Below, piece after piece: positions 10,022 to 18,680 of a DNA stretch of 64,000 nucleotides (positions are counted from its first letter, which is position 1; the number at the start of each line of letters is the position of its first letter). This DNA comes from a virus. A program made the position numbers and the translations under genes. Below the pieces are notes generated by a model. The model ran no database searches. It had not been told where the DNA came from and saw only the letters and a program-made list of their open reading frames with translations. The stretch spans positions 10,008 through 74,007 of IMG/VR virus record IMGVR_UViG_3300012346_000329; one strand, 5' to 3'.

Positions 10022-10557
10022 ATTTCAATCATATTCATCATTCTTGGAAACCCCTTCTAAGAGAATTTAATACAGATGCTTTTCTTTACTTTAAGAATGA
10101 AGTCCTTCCAAAAGAAAAATATTACCCTGAAGCTGATAAAGTTTTCAGGGTTTTTTCTATGCCTGTGTCAGCTATTAAAATAGTAGTTATTGGCTCATGG
10201 AAACACCCTAATATTAGAGAAATAGAAAAGCAAGGCTTGTTCTGGCTACCTATTTCTTTAACACAAGGTGTAGATGTGGACCACACAGAATATTGGGAGC
10301 CCTTCATTAAAAAGGTAGTGTATTTTATATCCAAGAGTAACCCTACTATTTGGATAATGCCTACAACAGAAGCACAAAGATTTACAGCTAATCTACCTGT
10401 CAAATCTATATTTAATGTGCTAAGATATGATGATAGCCTTATTAATCAGATTCCCATCAATGTAGATTACAACTATGTGTTTAAAGGTATTTATGTAAAT
10501 ACTGAACACATAAACATCCTCCTAAAGAGATTAGGTAGGGAAACAATTAATTGGTAA
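10018..10557 (+). CDS. Uracil-DNA-glycosylase-like protein, apparently catalytically degenerate
   Basis: The N-terminus HHSWKPLL...YYPEADKVFRVF...IKIVVIG aligns with UNG, but GQDPY is replaced by GSWKH. Confidence 0.7.
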   Translation: MNFNHIHHSWKPLLREFNTDAFLYFKNEVLPKEKYYPEADKVFRVFSMPVSAIKIVVIGSWKHPNIREIEKQGLFWLPISLTQGVDVDHTEYWEPFIKKVVYFISKSNPTIWIMPTTEAQRFTANLPVKSIFNVLRYDDSLINQIPINVDYNYVFKGIYVNTEHINILLKRLGRETINW

Positions 10558-10575
10558 TTTAATCTAGAAAAAATC

Positions 10576-11352
10576 ATGAGTGAAGTACAAGCTCCGGTTA
10601 CTACTGAAAGAGAAGTAACAATTTATGCCACTAGAGGTGGTAACATGAAAAAAATCATGACATCTGTTAAAACTTGGGGAGAATTACAACCTTTAGTTAG
10701 AAGAGAAGGTTTTGATTTAGGTTCATTATTAGCTGCTGAGAACATCAACAAGACAGACCTTGTTAATGATTTAGCAATATTACCTGAAGGAAACTTCAGA
10801 TTATTCTTAAGACCAAAACAAACTAAGTCTGGTGCAACTCCTGACAGAAAAGAATGTTTTGCTATTATCAAAGCTCACTTAGCTGTTTACCCTAATGATA
10901 AACAAAAGTTTATCATTGATGGTAAAAACATGACTCAGTTATCTACTCCTGTAGTACAGGATTTAGTGGCTAAGTATTGTAAAGCTAGTAAAAGTACTTC
11001 TACACCTGTAGCTACAGCTATAGAAACTCCAGTTAAAGAAAAAGCTCCAAAAGCTGAAGTTGTAAAAAAAGTAGAAGATGTTGTAGAATCTGTAAAAGAA
11101 TCTAAAACTGAAAGCAATGTAGAAGTAGGTACAAAAGTTAAAGATTTAACTGATGCAGAAAGAGTAGAAGGAGCTTTATCTTTATTATCTTCTTTAGGTC
11201 AGTATGAGTCTTATGCTAAAGTAGAAAAGCGTTTGAATAGACTTTCTGATGAAATAGCTATTGCAAATGCTCCTGCTCCAGAAATGAGAGAAGAAACTGA
11301 AGAAGAGGCTTTAGCTAGAGAAGCTAGAGAACTGTCTGCAGGTTACAGATAA
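10576..11352 (+). CDS. Ubiquitin-like (beta-grasp) protein with C-terminal extension
   Basis: Residues ~12-86 follow a beta-beta-alpha-beta-beta pattern (REVTIYA / MKKIMT / TWGELQPLVRREG / ... / FRLFLRP) ending in KQTKSG86. The gene directly precedes E2, JAB and E1 genes. Confidence 0.65.
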   Translation: MSEVQAPVTTEREVTIYATRGGNMKKIMTSVKTWGELQPLVRREGFDLGSLLAAENINKTDLVNDLAILPEGNFRLFLRPKQTKSGATPDRKECFAIIKAHLAVYPNDKQKFIIDGKNMTQLSTPVVQDLVAKYCKASKSTSTPVATAIETPVKEKAPKAEVVKKVEDVVESVKESKTESNVEVGTKVKDLTDAERVEGALSLLSSLGQYESYAKVEKRLNRLSDEIAIANAPAPEMREETEEEALAREARELSAGYR

Positions 11353-11359
11353 TATTAAT

Positions 11360-11395
11360 AAAGGGCTTATGTAATGTAAGCCCTTTTAATTTTTT
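11360..11395 (+). terminator. Intrinsic terminator between the Ubl and E2-like genes
   Basis: Perfect 10-bp stem AAAGGGCTTA/TAAGCCCTTT followed by a T-rich run. Confidence 0.8.
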
Positions 11396-11400
11396 ATATT

Positions 11401-12594
11401 ATGTATATAGATGATCATCAATTACCAGCTTATGAAGAAGTAGGTCAAATACTTCATAATGCTTTATTAATGAATACGCATAAAGATAAAAACTTTCTAC
11501 AATTTTTGTTTGATAAAGGTAAACTACACTTACATGGCTACCCTAATCCTAATCAAAAAGCTATCAATGAATTTTTTAGACTTCTAGATTTATTTGAAGC
11601 TAAATACAAAAGTTTTTATGACCTAGGTTTTCATACTAAAGATGGATACTTACAACCTTACTTTAAAGTTTTATACCCCAAGTTTACTATTGAAAATAGT
11701 GTAGGGGAAAGCCATCAAATAAGAGATTTAATAGTAGTTCACAGAATAGCTTATAATACAAATGAAGAAGGTCATATCTATACTAGAAAACCTTTAGGAG
11801 GCAGACTAAGTAAATTTAAACTAGAAGTAGTAGGAGGTTATCAACAGAGTCATTTAAGTGCTTATTCAAATTGGAAAAATGACCCTTTTTATACTTCAGA
11901 ATTTTGTGTAGGTGGAGATACTGATGTAAGTAGAATGATAGCTGAATTTAAAGTAGAGATGGATTGGGACAGATATGAATTATACTTATTTTGTATTGAT
12001 TCTATGGTTATTTGGGAGTCTTTAGAAGGTATTCCTCATAGAAAAATAAGAGATATTAAGAATGCTCTCAACAACAAAGTTACTTCTGTAGATGCATCTT
12101 GTGTAAGAAGAGTTGTTGATAAAATTACAAAAAATGAAATTGCTTTAGACTTAGACTTTTACATAGAAAATGGTTTATACAGAATTAGACCTAATGAGAA
12201 AGCTAATGAGTTTATTAAAAACATAGTTTTACAAACTCTTACTTTTGAGCAATACAAAAAAATCTTAGTTAGTAGGGTACCTAATACTTTCAATGAATTT
12301 CTTCAAATGAAAGCTGAGCAAGATGCTCAACAAAACTATAAAATAAGTTATCCTACTAGATACACTATTTTTAGAGGCAAGAAAGTCTTTGCCAAAATAC
12401 TTAAAGAAGACACAAGAAATGAACCTGTTGTCTCTTTAGAAAACCTTATTGTTTATCCTAATTTTTTAAAAGATGTCCTTAGTCAACTTGAGTCAAGAAT
12501 CTATAGCAAAGCAGTTACCCAGAGTGGAATTAAAATCTACAATTCCCTTGGTAATGCCAATAGAAGTATTACATCAGATTCAGTATCTGTGTAA
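11401..12594 (+). CDS. Prokaryotic E2-like (UBC-fold) conjugating protein
   Basis: A beta-meander region is followed by QSH151L...FC169VG and then a helix ELYLFCIDSMVIWESLEGIP. This matches the E2 His...Cys layout, and the gene context is Ubl/JAB/E1. Confidence 0.65.
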   Translation: MYIDDHQLPAYEEVGQILHNALLMNTHKDKNFLQFLFDKGKLHLHGYPNPNQKAINEFFRLLDLFEAKYKSFYDLGFHTKDGYLQPYFKVLYPKFTIENSVGESHQIRDLIVVHRIAYNTNEEGHIYTRKPLGGRLSKFKLEVVGGYQQSHLSAYSNWKNDPFYTSEFCVGGDTDVSRMIAEFKVEMDWDRYELYLFCIDSMVIWESLEGIPHRKIRDIKNALNNKVTSVDASCVRRVVDKITKNEIALDLDFYIENGLYRIRPNEKANEFIKNIVLQTLTFEQYKKILVSRVPNTFNEFLQMKAEQDAQQNYKISYPTRYTIFRGKKVFAKILKEDTRNEPVVSLENLIVYPNFLKDVLSQLESRIYSKAVTQSGIKIYNSLGNANRSITSDSVSV

Positions 12595-13717
12595 AAATAT
12601 ACCAAAAGTAGAGTGGTCAGGTGCTCTATTTTATACTACAGAAGGTAGTATTGAAAAACCTGGAACATTCAAAATTACTTTAAAGACAATTCTTCCATTA
12701 GATATGGGTAGTTCAGCTTATACTGAATACAATCTTGATGAAAGATTTATGGATTTTATTGAAGAAGATTTTGAAGAAAGATGTACTTGGAAATTAGGTC
12801 ATATTCATAGTCATAATGTAATGAGTGTTTTCTTCTCAGGTACAGATATGGCAGAGCTTAATGACAATGCTCCAGCACATAATTTTTATCTTTCTTTGAT
12901 AGTAAATAACTATATGGACTTTATTGCCAAAGTTGCTTTTATTGGAGAAGCTAAAAAAGATATTAAACAGGTTCCTTATACAGCTAAGAATGCTGAAGGC
13001 CATAATTATATCATTGAAAGACAAGACTTTGAAGTTAAAACTAAAAAGTTGTTTATTTATGATTGTGACATTGATACTCCTAAGAATACAATCTTAGTGA
13101 CAGATCAATTTTCTGCTCAAGTAGCTAAAATTATGGAGCCTAAACCTGTAAAAAAAGTAGAATCTAAATGGCCTGCTACTCCTACTACTACAGGAAAGGG
13201 ATGGCAAAGAAATGATAATACCAGGCAATTCAAATCACAAGAAGACAGGGAAATGGAAAGTTGGAACAAAAGCTTTCAGAAAGAAACTAAAAAACCTTTC
13301 AATAATTGGGAAGATTGGGAATTACCTATTTCTACTTTACTGGCTGAAGATTTAGAAGAAGAAGATTTAAAAGCAATGTATATTTATAATTTTGCTAAAG
13401 AATTATTTAATTTTACAGGAGGTTCTGCACAAGAAGAAGAAACTTTAGAAGATGTTTTAGATATGTTAGTAGAGTTTAACTTAACTCCTTCTGAATTAGC
13501 TAAATCCGTAATTACAGAGTATGCTAAAGATTTTAATAAATATTTTCCTAAAGCTAATGCTACTGAATTTGTTCAGTATACCCATGAAACTTTAGATTTA
13601 TTAGAAGATGTGAAACAACTTTATCCTGAAATTGGATTAACTATTAGAACTATTAGTTCTATGATTACTAAATTTATAGAAAATGAGACAGACAAGAGAC
13701 ACAACCCAGCAGTCTAG
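12473..13717 (+). CDS. JAB/MPN+ (JAMM) metalloprotease with acidic C-terminal extension
   Basis: Catalytic E47 (EWSG) and an exact HxH-x7-S-x2-D motif (H112, H114, S122, D125). Confidence 0.9.
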   Translation: MSLVNLSQESIAKQLPRVELKSTIPLVMPIEVLHQIQYLCKNIPKVEWSGALFYTTEGSIEKPGTFKITLKTILPLDMGSSAYTEYNLDERFMDFIEEDFEERCTWKLGHIHSHNVMSVFFSGTDMAELNDNAPAHNFYLSLIVNNYMDFIAKVAFIGEAKKDIKQVPYTAKNAEGHNYIIERQDFEVKTKKLFIYDCDIDTPKNTILVTDQFSAQVAKIMEPKPVKKVESKWPATPTTTGKGWQRNDNTRQFKSQEDREMESWNKSFQKETKKPFNNWEDWELPISTLLAEDLEEEDLKAMYIYNFAKELFNFTGGSAQEEETLEDVLDMLVEFNLTPSELAKSVITEYAKDFNKYFPKANATEFVQYTHETLDLLEDVKQLYPEIGLTIRTISSMITKFIENETDKRHNPAV

Positions 13718-14384
13718 ATTTAAAGATGCTCCATGGTTTCCTAAAAACAATGAAGTGTGTATGGTAGGTGGAGCAGGTGGTATTGGTTCTTGGTTATGTT
13801 ATTTCTTAACTAAGATTGGTTTTAGAGTTAACCTCTATGACTTTGATACTGTAGAAGACCATAATCTAGGTGGTCAGTTATTTATGCAAGCTGACTTAGG
13901 TCAACCTAAAGTAACAGCAGTAGCAAGAGTTGTAAACTCTTTTTGTAATACTCCTATAGCTACATTCAATGAAAGAATTGATATGAATACAATGACACAT
14001 TACTTTATGTTTTCAGCTTTTGATAACATGGAAGCAAGAAATGCATTGTTTCATGTCTGGAAAAAGTCCTGGGGCTCAGTTCCTTTAGCGGTGACTCCAA
14101 TCTTTATAGATGGTAGATTAGAGATAGAGCAATTACAGATATTCTGTGTTACTCCAGAGAATGCTGACAGGTATGAAAGAGACCATTTGTTTCATGATTC
14201 AGTAGTAGAAGAAGCACCTTGTACTATGAAACAAAGTTCTCATACAGCAGCTATGATAGGAACTCTTATGACTTCCTATTTTACTAATCATATTGCTAAC
14301 ATTTATAGTGGGGAGACTATCAGAGAAGTCCCTTTCTATTATGAATTTGTAGTTCCTATGAACTACTCAGCTTCTGAATTATGA
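13683..14384 (+). CDS. ThiF/E1-like adenylating enzyme
   Basis: Arg finger SR12F, GGAGGIG, DFD(TVEDHNL), K76, FDNMEAR and IDGR. Candidate thioester Cys180 lies in EAPCTMKQ. Confidence 0.9.
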   Translation: MRQTRDTTQQSRFKDAPWFPKNNEVCMVGGAGGIGSWLCYFLTKIGFRVNLYDFDTVEDHNLGGQLFMQADLGQPKVTAVARVVNSFCNTPIATFNERIDMNTMTHYFMFSAFDNMEARNALFHVWKKSWGSVPLAVTPIFIDGRLEIEQLQIFCVTPENADRYERDHLFHDSVVEEAPCTMKQSSHTAAMIGTLMTSYFTNHIANIYSGETIREVPFYYEFVVPMNYSASEL

Positions 14385-15403
14385 GAATAACATGTCTTTC
14401 ATTAGGAAATCTGAATGCAGACCCTTTTAAAATTACTGTATTAGAAGCCAATACTTATATTCCTCTTTATGGTGCTCACACCTTTTATAAAGGAGAAAAA
14501 GATATTACACTTTTATATAGACCTTTAATGGAAACAGGTAAAGGGCATACTAAGAAACCTAATACTTTAAAAAATATAAAAGATGCTTTAGAGATGGCCA
14601 TCACACCAAGAAGAATTCTTATAGGTAATAAAAATTATTACTTTATAAAAGGTGCAATGTACACTGAGGGTGGGAATCCTCTTATGGTGTTAGGTATGTC
14701 TAAAGAAGCTTTTAAAAATCCTGATATTCCTAATTTCTCTGATAATTATGGAGAATCAGCTAGTCTTTTTGACTATAAAAATTTTGTTATGTTTTACTCC
14801 ACATCTTTCTTTACTGAGCCTAGTCTTGCTCCTTTAAACAGAAGATTTCAAAAAGAAATATTAATGTCTTGCTATGAAAAAGGTATAGAGGTAAGAGTGA
14901 TTACCTCATCAGAAATTGAAAAGAATACCTTTGCAAACATTTTTGAAATCCCTAAAGCTAACTCTGTTAGTCAATTAGAGGAGTACATGAACAAAGTACT
15001 ACCAACAATTTTATACACAAAAGAAGAGGACACTTTTGTATTTGAAGAGTTGACAGTACCTGAAGTTGTTCAAAACCATGAATTATCTGTGGAAGAAGAA
15101 GCTCTACTATTTGATTCTGAAACTAGTCAGGAGTTGCCTGGAGTTAATCCTACAACTTTTGATATTACTCTTAATACAGAAGAAGTAGTTGAATTACTTC
15201 CTATTTTTAGAGACCCTGAAATAGAAGAATTAGAAAGAGAAGCTGCAACTTGGGATTCTGCCCATACAGAACCTGCTTATGTAGCTCCTGAGTATCCTAT
15301 AGTTCCAGAAGAAAGTATTATTCTAACACCTATAGGAGAAAGGGTAACTAATGTTTCTTTTAGAACCACTAGACCAATAGAGCTTATTGATGACACAGAA
15401 TAA
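14381..15403 (+). CDS. Hypothetical protein coupled to E1 (globular N-terminus, acidic tail)
   Basis: ATGA overlap with the E1 stop. No recognised motif. Confidence 0.7.
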   Translation: MRITCLSLGNLNADPFKITVLEANTYIPLYGAHTFYKGEKDITLLYRPLMETGKGHTKKPNTLKNIKDALEMAITPRRILIGNKNYYFIKGAMYTEGGNPLMVLGMSKEAFKNPDIPNFSDNYGESASLFDYKNFVMFYSTSFFTEPSLAPLNRRFQKEILMSCYEKGIEVRVITSSEIEKNTFANIFEIPKANSVSQLEEYMNKVLPTILYTKEEDTFVFEELTVPEVVQNHELSVEEEALLFDSETSQELPGVNPTTFDITLNTEEVVELLPIFRDPEIEELEREAATWDSAHTEPAYVAPEYPIVPEESIILTPIGERVTNVSFRTTRPIELIDDTE

Positions 15404-15450
15404 TTCCCAAAGGTATTTAAGTTTTTTAGTTATAACCTTAAAAATCTTAT

Positions 15451-15963
15451 ATGGGATTAGGAGCCACAAACAAAAGAAAGGGTAGTACAGCAGAAAGGTA
15501 TTATGCCAAATTCTTTAGAGAATTAGGCTTTGCATTCTGTGAGACTGCCAGATTTGGAAGTAAAAAACATGACAATGCAAAGATTGATCTATTGTATATT
15601 CCTTTTAATGTGCAAATTAAAGCAGGTATCCAAAAAAATATGAATCCTGGGAAGGAATTATTTATGATGGCTACCTCTATTGTTGCAATGTTTCCCCCTG
15701 AAGATGAAGTTTCTAAAAGACCTTGTGTATTGTTTCATTACAAACAAGGTAAACCTGGAGCCAGAAGAACTCCAGATATGGAAATGGTGTATATGTCTAT
15801 GATACAGTTTGATGTATTCAAAAGTAAAAGTCCTAGTTTAGAGTATTCTATGCTTAAGGAATTTAAGTTTGATTTACAATCTGAATTTAAAAGTATTGTA
15901 GGTATGACACTTGACCATTTTAAAGAAGAAGTAATCTTAAAACAATATGTAACATGCCAGTAA
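15451..15963 (+). CDS. Holliday junction resolvase-like PD-(D/E)XK nuclease
   Basis: NKRKGSTAER...KIDL...VQIKAG fits the Hjc-type pattern. Confidence 0.7.
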   Translation: MGLGATNKRKGSTAERYYAKFFRELGFAFCETARFGSKKHDNAKIDLLYIPFNVQIKAGIQKNMNPGKELFMMATSIVAMFPPEDEVSKRPCVLFHYKQGKPGARRTPDMEMVYMSMIQFDVFKSKSPSLEYSMLKEFKFDLQSEFKSIVGMTLDHFKEEVILKQYVTCQ

Positions 15964-17123
15964 TAGTAGCCACAAAAGAGGAAGTAAGAGAATACTATGA
16001 GTCAAGTGCTCTAGGTCAGTCAAAATTAAAAAAATTGTTAGGAGATTTAGGGTCTTTTAACAAAGAGGAAGATTCCTCAGCAGAACACTTTGTAATAGGC
16101 TCTGCAGTAGATTGCATTTTAACTAATTCAAGAGAAGCCTTCAATGAAGAGTATTACATTTCAGAAGTTGAAAAATTACCTTCTGAAACTGTAGTAGGTA
16201 TCTTGCAATCAGTTCATAATGATTTACTGCAGGACTATGCAGAACATTTAGAAGTCATTTTAGGTCAGGGAGAGCCTGTACCTGTGACACCTTTTATAGA
16301 ATTTGTAGGTGATTTGAAAGATCACCCAAGCTACATTTTAGATGCTTGTGAAAGAGCAGAGTGGCAACCTAGATGGGGTGCTGATGCCAAGCTAAAAAAT
16401 ATCCTTGAGCCTGGAACTGAGTATTTTATGGATTTATGTAAAGCCTTTGGGAAGAGGGTTATTAGCAAATCTCAAGCTAATATCATTAATGCTATTGTAG
16501 CATCTTTAGAAAATAATCCAAGAACTGCAAGTTACTTTAATAGAGTATTCTTTGAATCATTACCAAACATAACAATTTACTACCAATTTCCTATTTACTT
16601 TGAGTACAGAGGAGTGCAATGTAAGGGATTGTTAGATATGGTTATTGTAGAAAGAGATGAAGAAGGAAAAATACTTTCTATTACAGGTATAGACTTAAAA
16701 ACTATGAATGGAAATACTTATTATTTCCCTAGTAGTATTAAGGCTAGAAGATATGATATTCAAGCTGCTTGGTATACTCTTGCTTTAAGACAACATTTTG
16801 CAGTTCCAGAAGAATCAGATGTAATTAGACCTTTCCAATTTGTAGTAGAATCTACTTCATATCAAGGAAAGCCTTTAGTTTATACTGTTGATACTTCTCT
16901 TTTAAACATAGGGAGATTTGGTAGAAGAGCTATTTCTCTACATGATACAGACATGTTTAATGGAGAAACTATGGCAAGTGCCATTATTCAGTATGAAATC
17001 AAAGGTTTTGAACAACTCTTAGATCTTTATATTTATCATTCAGAGAATGGTTTTAATGAAGAAAGAGAAATTCAAGAAGCAGGTTTAACTACATTATTGG
17101 TTAACTGGGATGGCATTGTCTAA
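15954..17123 (+). CDS. PD-(D/E)XK exonuclease (RecE/ExoVIII-like)
   Basis: GQSKLKKL, IGSAVDC, KGLLDMV, IDLKT and YDIQAAWY. Confidence 0.8.
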   Translation: MPVIVATKEEVREYYESSALGQSKLKKLLGDLGSFNKEEDSSAEHFVIGSAVDCILTNSREAFNEEYYISEVEKLPSETVVGILQSVHNDLLQDYAEHLEVILGQGEPVPVTPFIEFVGDLKDHPSYILDACERAEWQPRWGADAKLKNILEPGTEYFMDLCKAFGKRVISKSQANIINAIVASLENNPRTASYFNRVFFESLPNITIYYQFPIYFEYRGVQCKGLLDMVIVERDEEGKILSITGIDLKTMNGNTYYFPSSIKARRYDIQAAWYTLALRQHFAVPEESDVIRPFQFVVESTSYQGKPLVYTVDTSLLNIGRFGRRAISLHDTDMFNGETMASAIIQYEIKGFEQLLDLYIYHSENGFNEEREIQEAGLTTLLVNWDGIV

Positions 17124-17745
17124 TGTAGCAGAAACCGGTATGCAAATTGAGATAGGAAAGTTATATGTTAACAGAACTGTTAGATATCTAATTCCTGCTC
17201 TTAGTTACTATGGACCCACTTTAAAGACTAAGTTAAACTTGGTCTTTAAATTGGCTTTTGGTGTACATGATTGTCTTATAGAAGGTACTCATTTAGAAGG
17301 TCAAAAGAATATTTTTATTCTTGTAGACAAACTTGTGAGACCTGATTTATATCAAAACTTTATTGATTGGATAAAACATCAGGAATACTATGTTACAGAC
17401 TATGCTTATGATTCAATTCTTGAACACAATAGTAGAAAACAGATGTTAGTATTAGCATTTCCACCTGAATTAGCTGATGCTTATGACAAATTTTTACTAG
17501 GCAAGTATAGTCTAATGTACACTAAAAATGAAGTAGAAACTTTCTTTGGAGAGGAGAACAAAGCTGTTGCAAGACATGTACTAAGAAAAACTTATTATGC
17601 TAAATTAGAGTTCAAAAAACTTGTAAAAGAAACTTTTGGAACTGTCTTAGAAGAACAAGATTTTTTAGTAGGCTCTTGGGAATATGATTTACCTCCTAAT
17701 AAAGAAGAAGAATTTTTTAACACTTGGAAACCTTTGGGGAGTTAA
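17110..17745 (+). CDS. Hypothetical protein
   Basis: 211-aa ORF overlapping the exonuclease stop and followed by a terminator. Confidence 0.7.
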   Translation: MALSNVAETGMQIEIGKLYVNRTVRYLIPALSYYGPTLKTKLNLVFKLAFGVHDCLIEGTHLEGQKNIFILVDKLVRPDLYQNFIDWIKHQEYYVTDYAYDSILEHNSRKQMLVLAFPPELADAYDKFLLGKYSLMYTKNEVETFFGEENKAVARHVLRKTYYAKLEFKKLVKETFGTVLEEQDFLVGSWEYDLPPNKEEEFFNTWKPLGS

Positions 17746-17763
17746 TCTCCCCTTAAGTTTTCA
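17736..17763 (+). terminator. Intrinsic terminator
   Basis: Stem GGGGAG/CTCCCC followed by TTAAGTTTTT. Confidence 0.65.
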
Positions 17764-17781
17764 TTAATACTTATAGAATAA

Positions 17782-18006
17782 ATGGCACATACATTAATTA
17801 TTACAGCTTTTCAGCCTGACTTTAGTTTTTCTTTAAAAAGCAAAATACAGAAACAAATTTCTCCTTCTATGGTAAGTTGTGATGATGAGAATGAAAAAGC
17901 TTATTTTTTAGATGCTATAATAGCTGAAATTGAAGATATATCTTCTGAAGATCAGATTATTATTGCTGAATTACAATCTCAAAAAGTAGAATATGTCGAA
18001 TTTTAG
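17782..18006 (+). CDS. Hypothetical protein
   Basis: 74-aa acidic ORF in operon orientation. Confidence 0.55.
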   Translation: MAHTLIITAFQPDFSFSLKSKIQKQISPSMVSCDDENEKAYFLDAIIAEIEDISSEDQIIIAELQSQKVEYVEF

Positions 18007-18346
18007 AACTTTAGGACCTGATGAAAAAGTTTATGTAAGTTACAAACACTATAAACCTGCTAGAGTAGTTGCTGTTGAAAAAAGAGGAAGAAAACACTAC
18101 CTTTTATTAAGATGGGAAAATTTTACTTTTGGTATGGGCAAACCTCATTATGAAAAATGGGTTAAAGACAGTTTTTGTGTTGAGTATAAACCTACAGGTA
18201 AGGGCACAACTTTAGCTGAGCTTAAGAGAAATGCTTTAAGTGTTTTTCCTACTTATAGAGCTAATAGAAAAGGGAAAGTTACTTTAGCCTGGTGGCAAAA
18301 ATTAATTATTAAATTACAAAATTGGTGGTATGGAATCAAAGACTGA
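17993..18346 (+). CDS. Hypothetical protein
   Basis: 117-aa basic ORF overlapping its neighbours. Confidence 0.55.
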   Translation: MSNFRTLGPDEKVYVSYKHYKPARVVAVEKRGRKHYLLLRWENFTFGMGKPHYEKWVKDSFCVEYKPTGKGTTLAELKRNALSVFPTYRANRKGKVTLAWWQKLIIKLQNWWYGIKD

Positions 18347-18680
18347 ATATTTTATAACTGAAGCACATTTTGATGCTATTGTAGATACAAGATGTCAACA
18401 AATTAAAAGGACTTTATTACTAAAAGCTAAAGAGTATAGAAGAAACAATGACCCTTTACATAATTTTAGAGTAGCTGCTAAAGTTGGTAATACTACAGAA
18501 GAAAAAGCTCTTTGGGGTTTTGCTACTAAACATTATGTATCTTTCTTAGATATGCTTAATGATATAGAACAAGGTCAATTACCTACCTTTGAGTATGTAG
18601 ATGAAAAAATAGGAGATTTAATTAACTACTTGATTCTTTGTGAAGCAAGTATAAAAGAAAAAATAACAAATGAACAATAA
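18330..18680 (+). CDS. All-alpha NTP-pyrophosphohydrolase-like protein (DUF1599 / nucleotide-modification-associated type)
   Basis: KAKEYRRNNDPLHNF...KHYVSFLDM...DEKIGDLINYLIL. Confidence 0.55.
   Translation: MESKTEYFITEAHFDAIVDTRCQQIKRTLLLKAKEYRRNNDPLHNFRVAAKVGNTTEEKALWGFATKHYVSFLDMLNDIEQGQLPTFEYVDEKIGDLINYLILCEASIKEKITNEQ

Noticed and set aside
13683-14384. ThiF/MoeB as a thiamine or molybdopterin biosynthesis auxiliary gene
   Set aside because: No thiG, thiS, moaD or moaE is present. The neighbours are E2-like and JAB genes, and the zinc-binding CxxC pairs typical of biosynthetic ThiF/MoeB are absent.
10576-15403. A host Bil/CBASS defence island or plasmid PRTRC locus misassembled into the contig
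   Set aside because: The cassette has the same AT-richness, CpG avoidance and leader style as flanking phage genes, and is embedded in the replication operon. No cyclase, ParB or mobile-element ends are visible.
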